This document shows positions 1-10,164 of a stretch of 64,000 bases of DNA, piece after piece. The notes under the pieces are model-generated. The model saw only the letters and a list, made by a program, of their open reading frames with translations. It did not search any database and had not been told where the DNA came from. Each line of letters begins with the position of its first letter. Position 1 is the stretch's first letter. Source of the stretch: Polyangiales bacterium (GTDB lineage: Bacteria; Myxococcota_A; Polyangia; Polyangiales; Polyangiaceae); the NCBI GenBank assembly GCA_038230375.1, contig JBBRNJ010000032.1, positions 22,407 to 86,406 on the forward strand, written 5' to 3'. A program made the position numbers and the translations under genes.

Positions 1-231
1 CGGCTCGTTCGCCTTCATCCGGTGCTGGATCGCGTGTGGGTTCCGCGCTACTTCGTGGCCTTCATCGTGTACCACGAGATGCTCCACCACGTGATGCCTG
101 CGACAAGGGGAGGCGGCCGCCGAAACCTCCACCCGCCGGAGTTCCTGGAGCGCGAGCGCGGGTTCCGCAACTTCGAGCGCGCAGTTGCCTGGGAACAAAA
201 GCACATCGCCAGGCTTTTGCGTACGACGTGA
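1..231 (+). CDS. 5'-truncated SprT-like/M48-like zinc metallopeptidase domain protein
   Basis: Frame is open from base 1. HExxH motif (YHEMLHH) followed by a downstream H-PPEF. Stop overlaps the next start (GTGA). Confidence 0.65.
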   Translation, partial: RLVRLHPVLDRVWVPRYFVAFIVYHEMLHHVMPATRGGGRRNLHPPEFLERERGFRNFERAVAWEQKHIARLLRTT

Positions 232-2891
232 ACGGATACACCATCGGATACGCCATCGGACTCCGTTCGCGCTCGCCCATCGCACTGTCCCTCTGCGGCC
301 TGCTCGCTGCCGGTGCAATCACGCTTGCGTGCAGCGGTCATGGCAAGGGCGCGAAGGTGCCCGATACCGAGGGCGAGCCGAAGCGCGCCGCTGCATTCCG
401 TGACGGAGGCTCGGAGCTCGGGCCGCACCATTTCTTTCTCGCCGACGTGCCGGACGGCGCAGTGGGACCGCACTGGGCGCGGGGCGAAGGTGGTGGCCTT
501 GTAGCGTACATCGGCCCGCCCGAGGTGGACGCGCGCGCGATCGTCGTGGTGAAGGTGAACAAGGACGGCGAGGCGAAGGATCCACCGCAGTCCATCGCCA
601 CCGCGAAGGTGGACGCCAATTCGATCCTGGTTCGACCCCTTGTGAAGGGCTACTTCGTGGGCTGGACGGAGCTCACGGACAAGGGCGAAGCGCTGCGTGC
701 GGTGATCGTCAACGCCGACGGCAAGGCCACGGGCAAGGCGTTCGAGATCGGCCGCACGTCGAACGACATCGTCTGGTTCGAGGTGAAGCAGACACCCACC
801 GGCGCGCTCGTGGTCTGGGCCGAGAGCACGAAGGACGGCCTTGCCACGATCGTGGCGCAGCCGCTCGACCTCGAGGGCGCGCCCGCGCAGGTCGCCGTGC
901 GCGTGGCCCAGGGCGCGATCGGGTGGCAGCTCGTGGCGTCGAGCGCGAAGGACAACGCGAAGGAGGGTGCGGTGCTCTTCCTCACCACGCCCACGCAGAA
1001 GGGCAAGGGCGACGTCGCCGTCACCATGCAGAAGCTCGGCATGGATGGACAGCCCATCGCAGCGCCCATCGTCGTTGCGGCAAGCGCGCATGCCTCGGGT
1101 GACGTGGACGCGGTGAGGCTCACGGCGTCCTGGTTGGTTGCATGGACCGATCGCAGCGTTGGGCCCTCCACCGTGGTCACCGCGCTCGTGCGGGACGGCG
1201 CCGCCGGGCCGGAGATCGCGAAGCTCACGGATGGAAGCACGGCATCGGAGCTGGTCGCGCTCGGTGCGAACGGTGACGACGCGCTCGTCGCCTGGTCCGA
1301 ACCCAGCCGCAAATCGCGCACGTTGAAGAACGTGTATGTTGCACATGCTTCGTCCAAGGGCGTGGAGACAGCCCGTGTTTCCGCGCTGGAGACGTCCGCT
1401 CGCGGCGTGGACCTCTTGCCTGCGGGGAACGGCTTTGCGATGTCGTGCGAGGTCGTGGCGTGCGGAGCGAACGGAAAGCCCGACGCCATCGGCAACCAGC
1501 CCACGTGCGATGGCCTGCACCCCGCGCTGGTGAGCCTGGGCAAGGAAGGCGCCATGCGCGGCCGCTCGCTCTTCTCCATAGGCGCGACCGAGCCGGGCAT
1601 GGCGTGGGACGCGCACTGCGACGACACGTCCTGCATGGCGCTGGCCGCCGAGGGCGCCGGGCGCGTCGCGCACCTGCACACGGTGGTCGCGCAGGTCTCG
1701 GCGAAGAGCGCGTCGCAGGAGCCCGTCGCTCCCGTGGTGCCCGTGGAGAAGAAGCCGCTCGCCGCGGACGCGCAGACCATCACCGACGGACAGTCCGTTG
1801 CAGACGTGGCGCAGGTGAAGCTCGGCGACACGGACCTGGTCCTGGTGCTCAAGAACTCCGTGGACGACGCGACCAAGAAGAATGGTGGTGCGGAGCTCTC
1901 TGCGCGCATCGTGGACAAGAGCGGAGCGCTCTCGCCCGCGCAGGTGCTGTCAGCCCGCGCGCTGCCTGTCGGGGGCGTGGCAGTGGCCGCGGCCAAGAAG
2001 CCCGAAGACGGCGCGGTGGTCGCCTGGGTCGCGCGTGAGAACGCGTTCTCCCAGGTGCATGTCACCAAGGTGGACAAGCGCGGCAAGAAGACGCTCGACG
2101 CGCTGCTCACCACCACGCAAGCAGACTCCAGTGACGTCGCCATCGCGCGCGTGCCCCAGGGCTACCTTGTGAGCTGGGTCGACAACCGCAACAAGAACGG
2201 TGAGGTCTACGCGACCATCATCAACACGGACCTGCAGCGCATCTCGCGCGAGGAGCGCCTCACGAATGCGCCTGGCGACGCGACCGACGTGACGCTCACG
2301 GCGATCGGCGAGGACGTGCTGGTTGCATGGGCCGACACACGCGACAGCACCGACGACGGCTTCGGGGACATCTACTCCGCCCTCCTCTCCAATCACGACG
2401 CGAAGAAGAAGGGCGCTGAGGTCCGCGTGCTCGCGACCGCCGCGCATTCGCGCTCTCCGTCCATCCTCACCATTGGCGACAAGATCGCCGTCGCGTGGAT
2501 CGAAGACGTGCCTGCGGGTCAGGACGGCGCGCCCGCCACCGCTGCATCCGGCGCGCAAGGCGCCATGCTCGCGTTCCTGGATGCAAAGGGCGCGGTCACC
2601 GGAAGCCCGGCGCGTCTCCCGCCTTCCGCGCGCGGCTCGGCTATTGCGGTGACGCTCGGCATGGGCCGCGTGCCGTCGGCCGTGGTCGCGCGCGCAGGCC
2701 TGGATGACGTCGCGCTCGACTGGTTCGATCTCTCCCACGACAAGCCGTCGGCGGTGCCGCTCGGTCTCCTGGATGGCCCTCCCTCCATGGACGTGTCGCT
2801 CGCGCTCGGCCTCGAAGCCTTGTATTTCAGCGATGAAGGGCCCGAGGCGAAAGACCGCAGGGCCCGCCGCCTCCATGTCACTCTCCCGTAG
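228..2891 (+). CDS. Large lipoprotein with repeated beta-strand (propeller-like) units
   Basis: GTG at 228 overlaps the upstream TGA. Hydrophobic signal with lipobox TLAC. Repeated 'xxVAWxD/E' motifs. Confidence 0.75.
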   Translation: MNGYTIGYAIGLRSRSPIALSLCGLLAAGAITLACSGHGKGAKVPDTEGEPKRAAAFRDGGSELGPHHFFLADVPDGAVGPHWARGEGGGLVAYIGPPEVDARAIVVVKVNKDGEAKDPPQSIATAKVDANSILVRPLVKGYFVGWTELTDKGEALRAVIVNADGKATGKAFEIGRTSNDIVWFEVKQTPTGALVVWAESTKDGLATIVAQPLDLEGAPAQVAVRVAQGAIGWQLVASSAKDNAKEGAVLFLTTPTQKGKGDVAVTMQKLGMDGQPIAAPIVVAASAHASGDVDAVRLTASWLVAWTDRSVGPSTVVTALVRDGAAGPEIAKLTDGSTASELVALGANGDDALVAWSEPSRKSRTLKNVYVAHASSKGVETARVSALETSARGVDLLPAGNGFAMSCEVVACGANGKPDAIGNQPTCDGLHPALVSLGKEGAMRGRSLFSIGATEPGMAWDAHCDDTSCMALAAEGAGRVAHLHTVVAQVSAKSASQEPVAPVVPVEKKPLAADAQTITDGQSVADVAQVKLGDTDLVLVLKNSVDDATKKNGGAELSARIVDKSGALSPAQVLSARALPVGGVAVAAAKKPEDGAVVAWVARENAFSQVHVTKVDKRGKKTLDALLTTTQADSSDVAIARVPQGYLVSWVDNRNKNGEVYATIINTDLQRISREERLTNAPGDATDVTLTAIGEDVLVAWADTRDSTDDGFGDIYSALLSNHDAKKKGAEVRVLATAAHSRSPSILTIGDKIAVAWIEDVPAGQDGAPATAASGAQGAMLAFLDAKGAVTGSPARLPPSARGSAIAVTLGMGRVPSAVVARAGLDDVALDWFDLSHDKPSAVPLGLLDGPPSMDVSLALGLEALYFSDEGPEAKDRRARRLHVTLP

Positions 2892-4386
2892 CCCAGAGAA
2901 GCCGTTCGCTCTTCGCCGCCAACCGCGTCGCGATCGGCCGCGGCGCGCGGCGCTTGCTCTCGTGCCCATGCTGGCGCTCTTGAGCACGGTCATGGGGTGC
3001 CCATCCGCCAAGGCACCCGACGGGAACGCCGGTGCGCGCGGCGCGTGCGGCAAGCTGGACGACAAGGACTGCGATCGCGTGAAGGGCATGCTCTCCGCCA
3101 TGGACTCGTTCTCCAACGTGAACCAGGAGCTCATCCTGGACGCGCGCAGCACGTTCGTCCCCGGTCGCGGAATCGAGAAGACGGCGGCGGCGCTCTGGAA
3201 GCCGACCACGACCGAATGCGCACGTCCCCGTGGTCCTCGCAGCAGCGACGACGCGAAAACCGTGCAGGATGCACATATCGATCCGAACGCGATCGACTTC
3301 TCGTTCATCGGCGTTGCCATCGACGAGGCCATCGTCTCTGCGCGCGCGCCCGTGTCGCAGGTGGTTGCCGTTGGCGGAGAGGCGCACCTCTACACGGTCC
3401 GTCTGCTCGCCGTCGCGTTCGCGCGCGATCTGGATCCGCAGTTCTTCGGCCCGTCGGACAACGTGACCTACCGCGAGAGCGCGTGCGCATGTGACCGCGC
3501 GACGCACTTCGTGGGGGCGGTGAAGTACGGCGGCATGCTGAGCTACGAGACCACGGTGAAAGGCGCTGAGCTCTCCGTGGGCAGCGTGCTCGACGTGGTG
3601 AAGGCGAAGATCTTCGCGGAGGACACGGACGTGCGCCAGGTCTCCGTGGGAGGCCTGACCGTGAAGGGACTCGAGGAGCAGATGAAGGGCGGGCGTGGCT
3701 CCCAGAAGCCGCTCGAGTTCACGGTGAAGAATCCAGTGCCCATCGCGTACGCCGTCTATCCCGTGAGCGATGTGTGCAAGTTCTCCATGCCCGTGCCAGA
3801 GGTGGCGCCGAGCGCGCTGGACTTCGGCCTGGTTCCCAACGACAAGCGTGGCTCGCGCTTCCTGCACGTGGTGAACCGCGCGCCGTTCGACGTGGTCGCG
3901 CTGGCGCAGGGCGCGTCGTATGCCGTGCCCGCGCTCGGTAGCCTGGACGTGCCGGTGGAGTACAAGCCGCTGGACGGCGCCACCGCGTGTCAGATGGACA
4001 TGCGCGAGGAGACAGTGGTGTTCTCGCCGCGCGACGAGGCCACGCCCGTCACGCCAAGGCAGCACAGCGTGAAGGTGGAGCTGCGCGCGCGCACGGGCGC
4101 GTCCTCCGTCAGCCGCACGGAGAAGGTCGACTCCGGCATCGCGCGCCGGCCCGACTACGACGCGACAGGCCGCGACACCGTATGCCCCCCCGGCTACGGC
4201 GTGCAGAGCTGCAGCGCGGAGCATGCAGAGTGCAGCGATGGTAAGTGCGGTCCGGGCTTCGTGATGGACGCGCGCCCGAACGCCAACGGCTGCCACTTCG
4301 CTTGCCGCGGCCCGCGCGCCGGCGTCGTGTTCTCGGAGTACTGCCGCTTCGACGGCGTGATGCAGTGCAAGCTGCGCTGTGAGTGA
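2875..4386 (+). CDS. Cys-rich lipoprotein with MACPF/CDC-like core, Ig-like (ASH-type) domain and Cys-rich C-terminus
   Basis: Lipobox VMGC. THF-x6-GG (THFVGAVKYGG), later VGG and PIAYxVYPV. 'PSALDFG..V.N' Ig-like motif. Start uncertain (2875 or 2968). Confidence 0.6.
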   Translation: MSLSRSPEKPFALRRQPRRDRPRRAALALVPMLALLSTVMGCPSAKAPDGNAGARGACGKLDDKDCDRVKGMLSAMDSFSNVNQELILDARSTFVPGRGIEKTAAALWKPTTTECARPRGPRSSDDAKTVQDAHIDPNAIDFSFIGVAIDEAIVSARAPVSQVVAVGGEAHLYTVRLLAVAFARDLDPQFFGPSDNVTYRESACACDRATHFVGAVKYGGMLSYETTVKGAELSVGSVLDVVKAKIFAEDTDVRQVSVGGLTVKGLEEQMKGGRGSQKPLEFTVKNPVPIAYAVYPVSDVCKFSMPVPEVAPSALDFGLVPNDKRGSRFLHVVNRAPFDVVALAQGASYAVPALGSLDVPVEYKPLDGATACQMDMREETVVFSPRDEATPVTPRQHSVKVELRARTGASSVSRTEKVDSGIARRPDYDATGRDTVCPPGYGVQSCSAEHAECSDGKCGPGFVMDARPNANGCHFACRGPRAGVVFSEYCRFDGVMQCKLRCE

Positions 4387-4460
4387 GCGGAAAAACAACG
4401 GGTTCCAGCGTCTCTCCGTGCCCTCTTTCGAACTTTCACGACCTGGGTACCATCTCGGCC

Positions 4461-7400
4461 ATGCGCCGATTCGAGTTCTCCGAGGGCACGTCGAACAAGT
4501 TCTGGCAGGTAACGCAGGAGGGCACTGACCTGCACATCCAGTGGGGCCGCATAGGTACGGCTGGACAATCGCAGACGAAGGAGCACGGGTCGGACAGCGC
4601 CGCGAAGGCCGAGCACGACAAGCTCATCGCCGAGAAGACGAAGAAGGGATACGCGGAGGTCTCCACCGATGGCGTGGCCGCGCCCCCTCCCGCAGCGAAG
4701 GCCGCCGCGCCTAAGCCCGCGACGGCGAAGGTCGTGAGCGCAGCGGCCGCGGCTGTGACGGTGCCCGCTGTGCCCGCTGCCAAGGCCGTCGCCAAGGCGA
4801 ATGAGGAAGCCGCTCCCGCTCCTCGCGCCGCTGTCGTCATCGCGGAGGGTGATCGCATCGCGTGGCCCGCGGACCTCCAGGCCGAAGCGGACGAGGAGGA
4901 GAAGCGTGCCTTCGTCACTCTGCCGAAAGGCGGTCGGCCCGCGCTCGTCGCGATCATCAGGGGGAAGATCACGGACGAGGTGAAGAACTGGGAACTCGGT
5001 CGTCCGAAGGCAGACAGCGAGGGCGCGCTCGCGATGGACCACGTGCTCGCTACCTACGCCGCCGGGAAGGAGCCCGCGGAGCTTTCCGCGATCGCGGAGG
5101 CCCGCGCGGCCACGCTGATCTACGAGGACGACGCGCTCGCCGCCCTGGGCGTGTACTGGGTCGCGCGCAACGGACTCACGTTCGCGCTCGATGCGCTCAC
5201 CGCGATGTGGGGATATTACAGGAACTACGACTATGCCGGCTGGAAGGAGCCGCGCCCCACGTGGGTGTCGAAGGCGGACCCCGCGAATCACTGGGACAGC
5301 AGCGTGAACGGCGCGAAGATCGAGATGGTCCGCGTGGTCGCCACGCTCTTCGCCGAGGCCGACGACAGCGCTCGCGCGGCGGCGAAGGCACACGCCGAGA
5401 AGCTGCGCGCATCGAGTGAGATGACCGTGAAGGTCGGGCTCACGCGCGCGTTCCGCGATGTCGCATGGGCGGAGGAAGACGCACGCATCGTGCTCGCGCT
5501 CACCGGCACGAACGCGCGCGACGCGGAGGATCTCGTGTTCCTCCTGACCGATCGCGAGCTGCTCGCCACGTACGCGAAGCGCTTCCCCACCCGCAGCCCG
5601 CTGCGCATGGTTCGTCGCGCCGGGTTCGCGGCCGCGCCGGTCATCCACAAGATGTTGGATGATCAGTACGGACGCGACGACGCCGCGAAGGCGCTCTCCG
5701 TGCTCGAGAACGCGGAGTCCGCGAAGGCGCTCGCCACCGTGCTGGACAAGAAGACCACCGCGCCCATCGCGCGCGCGTTCTTCGATCGTCGCCCCGACCT
5801 TGGCATCGCCGCGCTCGCCGCCGTGGTCGCCGGGAAGGGCAATCTGGCCACGTACGCGGAGCCCGTGCTGAAGGGCATCTTGCGCGCGCATCCGGAGCTC
5901 GTGCAGAAGGTGCTTCCCACGCTGGACGCACGCGTGCGCGGCGTCGTGGAGAAGGAACTCGCCGCGAGCGCGCCGGTGCCGGATGCATCGCCCGCGGAGC
6001 TGCCTGCGTTCCTGGTGACTCCGCCGTGGACGCAGCCGCGACCGAAGACAAAGGGCCCGGTCTCCATCCCGCTGGACGTGCTGCCCACAGAGCTCACGAT
6101 TCACTGGACCGAAGGACAGACGAAGGCGGCGCTCGCGCGCGGTGAGTCTGCGCTCGAGTCGTACCAGGGCTACGACAAGGCACCCAAGGGGCTCAGGGCG
6201 CGAACGAAAGAGGCAGACGCGTTCGCGGCGAAGATGATCAAGGAGGGCAAGACATGGGGCGTCACTGCGCTTCTCCATCTTGCGACCGACGGATGTGCGG
6301 AGAAGTTGCTCGCCGGCAAGGAGGGCCTTGGTGATCCCGATCTGCCTTATTTGCTCGGTCGATTCGGCGCGAAAGCGCTTCCGTGCGTGAGCGCCTACGT
6401 CGAGCAGAACGACATGGACCCATCCAGCGCGCTGTCCGATGTGGAGGCGTCGGTGATGGCTCCGGCCTTCGCAGCTGCGTTCGCGAAGAAGAAATGGCGG
6501 ACGAACGCGGAGCGATGGCTGGTTCGCTTTCCTGCGGCTGCGGCGACTGGGCTCGTGCCCATGGCGCTCGGCGCGACGAAGAAGGAGCGAGAACCGGGAC
6601 GTGCTGCGCTGCGCGTGATCGCGGAGTCGCATCGCAAGGAAGTGGATGCCGCGGCGGCGCGCTATGGCAAGGCCGCCGCTGACGCCATCACCGCGCTGCT
6701 CGATGCGCCCTCGGACGAGATCCCGGAGAAGATCCCGGCGCTGCCGTCGTATGTGGATCCGTCGTCGTTGCCGCGCCCGAGGATCCTCGGTGGCAAGAAG
6801 GCGCTCCCCGAGAGCGGCCTTCGCGCGCTGCTGACGCTGCTCCAGCTCTCCACGCTGGAGGAGCCGATCTCGCTCCTCGAGCAGGTGACGACCGCGTTCG
6901 AGCCGAAGTCACTCGCGGAGCTTGCGTGGGAGCTGTTCCAGGCGTGGCTCACCGGCGGCGCGGTGTCGAAGGAGAACTGGGCGTTCACCGCGCTTGGCCT
7001 CATCGGTGACGACGAGTGCGCGCGCCGCATCACTCCGCTCATCCGCGCGTGGCCCGGTGAGTCGCAGCACGCACGCGCAGTGACCGGCCTGGATGTCCTT
7101 GCGTCGATCGGCACGGACGTCGCGCTCATGCACCTGCACGGGATCGCGCAGAAGCTCAAATTCAAGGGCCTTCAGGAGAAAGCGCGCGAGAAGATCCAGG
7201 TCATCGCGGACTCGCGCGGGCTCACGGCCGATGAGCTCGCCGATCGCCTCGTACCCGATCTGGGGCTGGACGACAGCGGCTCGCTTGCCCTGGATTTCGG
7301 ACCGCGTCAGTTCACCGTCACCTTCGACGAGTCCCTGAAGCCCATGGTGCGCGACGCCGCGGGAAAGGTGTCCTCCGACCTCCCGAAGCCCGGCAAGAGC

Positions 7401-8174
7401 GACGACGCAGAGAAGTCCGCCGCTGCCGTGGAGACGTGGAAGGCGCTCAAGAAGGACGCGAAGGCCATCGCCCAGGGCCAGCTCATTCGCCTGGAGATGG
7501 TCATGTGCGCGCAGCGCCGCTTCCCGCTGGAGTCGTTCCAGGGGTTCTTCGTGGACCACCCGCTCATGATCCACCTGGTGCGACGCGTGGTGTGGGGCGT
7601 GTACAAGAAGGACGGCGCGCTTGCCTCCACGTTCCGTGTGGCGGAGGATCGCTCGTTCTCCGACGCCAAGGATCGGGAGGTCACGCTGCCAGAGGATGCG
7701 ATCATCGGGCTCTCGCATCGGCTCGAGATGGACGACGCATCCGTGGCCGCGTGGGGACAGGTCCTCACGGACTACGAGGTAATCCAGCCGTTCGATCAGC
7801 TCGCGCGCGTGGTGTTCCGCATCACCGACGCAGAGGCCAAGGGCAACGTGCTCGACCGCATGAAGGACGTCGAGGTCAAGACGAGCAAGATCCAGGGGCT
7901 CGAGTCGCGCGGCTGGCGCAAGGGTCAGCCGCAGGACGCAGGCTGGGTGTGGGACGTGTGGAAGCCGTTGCCCGGCGGCATGGTCGCCGAGATGGGGATC
8001 CAGGGCGGCATCTGCATGGGCTACATGGAAGGCACGCCCACCGAGCAGAAGCTCGGCAGCGTGAGTCTGCGAAAGAAGGACGAATGGCAAGCGAGCAAGG
8101 ACCTCACGTTCGCCGCGCTCAGCCCCGCCGTGTTCAGCGAGCTCGTGCGTGACATCGACGCCCTGAGAGAGTGA
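4461..8174 (+). CDS. WGR domain + DUF4132 protein (YehI/MolR-like)
   Basis: N-terminal MRRFEFSEGTSNKFW...WGRIG. C-terminal 'ELADRLVPDLGL', 'HPL..HLVRRVVW', 'QPFDQL', 'FSELVRD'. Alternative GTG start at 4383. Confidence 0.88.
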   Translation: MRRFEFSEGTSNKFWQVTQEGTDLHIQWGRIGTAGQSQTKEHGSDSAAKAEHDKLIAEKTKKGYAEVSTDGVAAPPPAAKAAAPKPATAKVVSAAAAAVTVPAVPAAKAVAKANEEAAPAPRAAVVIAEGDRIAWPADLQAEADEEEKRAFVTLPKGGRPALVAIIRGKITDEVKNWELGRPKADSEGALAMDHVLATYAAGKEPAELSAIAEARAATLIYEDDALAALGVYWVARNGLTFALDALTAMWGYYRNYDYAGWKEPRPTWVSKADPANHWDSSVNGAKIEMVRVVATLFAEADDSARAAAKAHAEKLRASSEMTVKVGLTRAFRDVAWAEEDARIVLALTGTNARDAEDLVFLLTDRELLATYAKRFPTRSPLRMVRRAGFAAAPVIHKMLDDQYGRDDAAKALSVLENAESAKALATVLDKKTTAPIARAFFDRRPDLGIAALAAVVAGKGNLATYAEPVLKGILRAHPELVQKVLPTLDARVRGVVEKELAASAPVPDASPAELPAFLVTPPWTQPRPKTKGPVSIPLDVLPTELTIHWTEGQTKAALARGESALESYQGYDKAPKGLRARTKEADAFAAKMIKEGKTWGVTALLHLATDGCAEKLLAGKEGLGDPDLPYLLGRFGAKALPCVSAYVEQNDMDPSSALSDVEASVMAPAFAAAFAKKKWRTNAERWLVRFPAAAATGLVPMALGATKKEREPGRAALRVIAESHRKEVDAAAARYGKAAADAITALLDAPSDEIPEKIPALPSYVDPSSLPRPRILGGKKALPESGLRALLTLLQLSTLEEPISLLEQVTTAFEPKSLAELAWELFQAWLTGGAVSKENWAFTALGLIGDDECARRITPLIRAWPGESQHARAVTGLDVLASIGTDVALMHLHGIAQKLKFKGLQEKAREKIQVIADSRGLTADELADRLVPDLGLDDSGSLALDFGPRQFTVTFDESLKPMVRDAAGKVSSDLPKPGKSDDAEKSAAAVETWKALKKDAKAIAQGQLIRLEMVMCAQRRFPLESFQGFFVDHPLMIHLVRRVVWGVYKKDGALASTFRVAEDRSFSDAKDREVTLPEDAIIGLSHRLEMDDASVAAWGQVLTDYEVIQPFDQLARVVFRITDAEAKGNVLDRMKDVEVKTSKIQGLESRGWRKGQPQDAGWVWDVWKPLPGGMVAEMGIQGGICMGYMEGTPTEQKLGSVSLRKKDEWQASKDLTFAALSPAVFSELVRDIDALRE

Positions 8175-8178
8175 GGTT

Positions 8179-8922
8179 CTAGGGTGAGGTGGCGAGGACG
8201 TCGTCGAACCAGACGGAGCCCGGCGAGCCGGTTCCGATGACACCAAGCCCCAGCCTGAGCGGCTCTGTGTTGGCCATCGGGACGGTGGTGCCTACCTGCT
8301 GCGGCAACAGCATGACCGTGATGTTGCTGGCTATGGCCGAAGGCTGCACTGTGATCTTGACCCATCCCGTTGCGGCCGCCAGGTCAACGCCCTGGACCTT
8401 GATGCCGATGGCGCTTCGCACGAACGTCAGCTGCGTGGAGGTTGGCTGCACATACGCGATCTCAGTGCCCAAGGGGACCGATGAGTCCAGGTACACCCAG
8501 AATGAAAGCCTCCAATTGGCGTGGACCTTCGTCGCGGTGAAGAGCACGTAGCGAGTGGCGCTGGAAGTCACGTTCAGGGCCGTTGGGGGACTGACGAACG
8601 GGTCGGACCCGAGCCCGTCATTTCCGACGCCCGCGCTGGTGTATGCGGTGTCGCTTGCTGTTGCGTTGAAGTCGTTGCAAAAGATGAGCAGCCCAGCATC
8701 CACATTTGCACACGAGAGGACCGACGCATCGTTCGGCGGCAGTACCAGGCCGCCTTCCACGCCGCCGTCCGTGGCGTTGCCGTTGGCGCCGCCGTCGCCG
8801 GACACCGCACCATCCTTCGTTGTGTCCACCTGGGCATCCGAGCCGCTGAAGCTCGCACATGCGCCGACCGCCGCGCCCGAGGTTGCCGTCGCGATCGCGA
8901 GAAGAATGAGCAGGCGACGCAC
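8179..8922 (-). CDS. Hypothetical lipoprotein (beta-sandwich/ConA-like C-terminus)
   Basis: Signal peptide ending VGAC, DGG linker, 'FCNDF' and terminal 'VWFDDV'. Confidence 0.65.
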   Translation of the reverse strand: MRRLLILLAIATATSGAAVGACASFSGSDAQVDTTKDGAVSGDGGANGNATDGGVEGGLVLPPNDASVLSCANVDAGLLIFCNDFNATASDTAYTSAGVGNDGLGSDPFVSPPTALNVTSSATRYVLFTATKVHANWRLSFWVYLDSSVPLGTEIAYVQPTSTQLTFVRSAIGIKVQGVDLAAATGWVKITVQPSAIASNITVMLLPQQVGTTVPMANTEPLRLGLGVIGTGSPGSVWFDDVLATSP

Positions 8923-8947
8923 AAGCGGGATCGTACCACCCACGCCA

Positions 8948-10090
8948 TCAACGCGCCCCCTGGCAGCGCGTGAGGTACTCCTTCGGAATGAAGGGGTCGA
9001 GCGGCTGCTTCGGGCCGTCCACGGGTGGCTTCTCCACGGTCCACGCCTGGTCGCCGCCCAGGTCCACGCGGAAGTCACCGTTCTCTGCGTACGCTCCCCA
9101 GAACGTCATCTCGCGCATGACCGCGACCACCCGATGCAGCTTGCGGTCGACCGTCACGAAGATGTCCGCGGCTGCGCAGAAGAGCCGGCTGCGATTCGCC
9201 GCGTGTCTGCTGGTCCCCATGGTCCCGAAGCCCAGGCCACCGAGCGCGTCGCCCAGTGTTCCCTCGTGGATCCATCCGACGAGCGTCACGGTGGAGAAGT
9301 CACTCTGCGCGTCGATCGAGACGAGCGCCGTCGTCTTGTACATCCCGAGCACCCCGATATACATGCCCTCCGGCCTGATGATCTCCGCGACCGGCGGACC
9401 ATCCGGCGTGAGTGACAGACCCACCACCTTGCCGGGCGCGGAGAGCGTGGCGTAGGAACCGTCGAATTTCGTGACCTGGCTCTCGGGCTCGTTCGGGGTC
9501 ACGAAGCCGCACGGAATGCGGTAGTCGTCGTGCAGCGGCGCCTTCAATCGAAGGTTCGGTGGGAGCTGGACGTCTGGCGCGAAGAACGCGCCCTTCACGG
9601 ATGTGGTGGTGGCAATGCGCGTTCGCTGGATCTGCAGCCACTCGGCGCGCACGATCGGGCCCACGGCGTTGAGCGAGAGCTCCGGTAGATTGATCTCGGC
9701 GTTGAGGCGCGCGCTCTCGGTGCTGAACGCCACGCGCGCATGCAAGCGCCCCTCTTCGACGACCAGCCTGCCGTCCTGCGCGCTGCCGAAGGCCCTCATG
9801 TCCGCGAACGGGCGCGCCCTGAAATAAAGCAGGCCCCGATATGAAAAATTCTCGCGGATGTCGAATCCGCATGCGGCTGGGCGCTCGTCCAGGTTGGCCG
9901 GCTCCTCATACTCGCGTTCGAAGAGGACCTCGTGATCGCGGAGCGCGTTCACCATCTGCGTCGCCGGGTCCACCGCGGAAGTGCCCGGCACGGCGCTGGA
10001 ATCCGCGGTCTTCGCGGGAGCAGGAGTGCGTCCCTGGTGACACGCGTTGAGGCTAGCGAACGTCGTGAGTAGGAGCAGCGCGCGTTTCAT
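8948..10090 (-). CDS. Hypothetical lipoprotein
   Basis: 380-aa ORF, lipobox LNAC, GGAG RBS upstream. Confidence 0.7.
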   Translation of the reverse strand: MKRALLLLTTFASLNACHQGRTPAPAKTADSSAVPGTSAVDPATQMVNALRDHEVLFEREYEEPANLDERPAACGFDIRENFSYRGLLYFRARPFADMRAFGSAQDGRLVVEEGRLHARVAFSTESARLNAEINLPELSLNAVGPIVRAEWLQIQRTRIATTTSVKGAFFAPDVQLPPNLRLKAPLHDDYRIPCGFVTPNEPESQVTKFDGSYATLSAPGKVVGLSLTPDGPPVAEIIRPEGMYIGVLGMYKTTALVSIDAQSDFSTVTLVGWIHEGTLGDALGGLGFGTMGTSRHAANRSRLFCAAADIFVTVDRKLHRVVAVMREMTFWGAYAENGDFRVDLGGDQAWTVEKPPVDGPKQPLDPFIPKEYLTRCQGAR

Positions 10091-10164
10091 CGCTCCTAGT
10101 GACTACGTATCGCGGCGAACGTTCCGGCCTCGCGGGCGCTTTTCCCCGGGCCCTGCCGATGGCG

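Noticed and set aside
4194..6632. Long antisense or alternative-frame ORFs (also 11193-13697, 35212-37809, 50085-52505, 52159-54057 and others)
   Set aside because: Shadow ORFs typical of high-GC coding DNA. They are Arg/Ala-rich, carry no motifs, and overlap well-supported genes.
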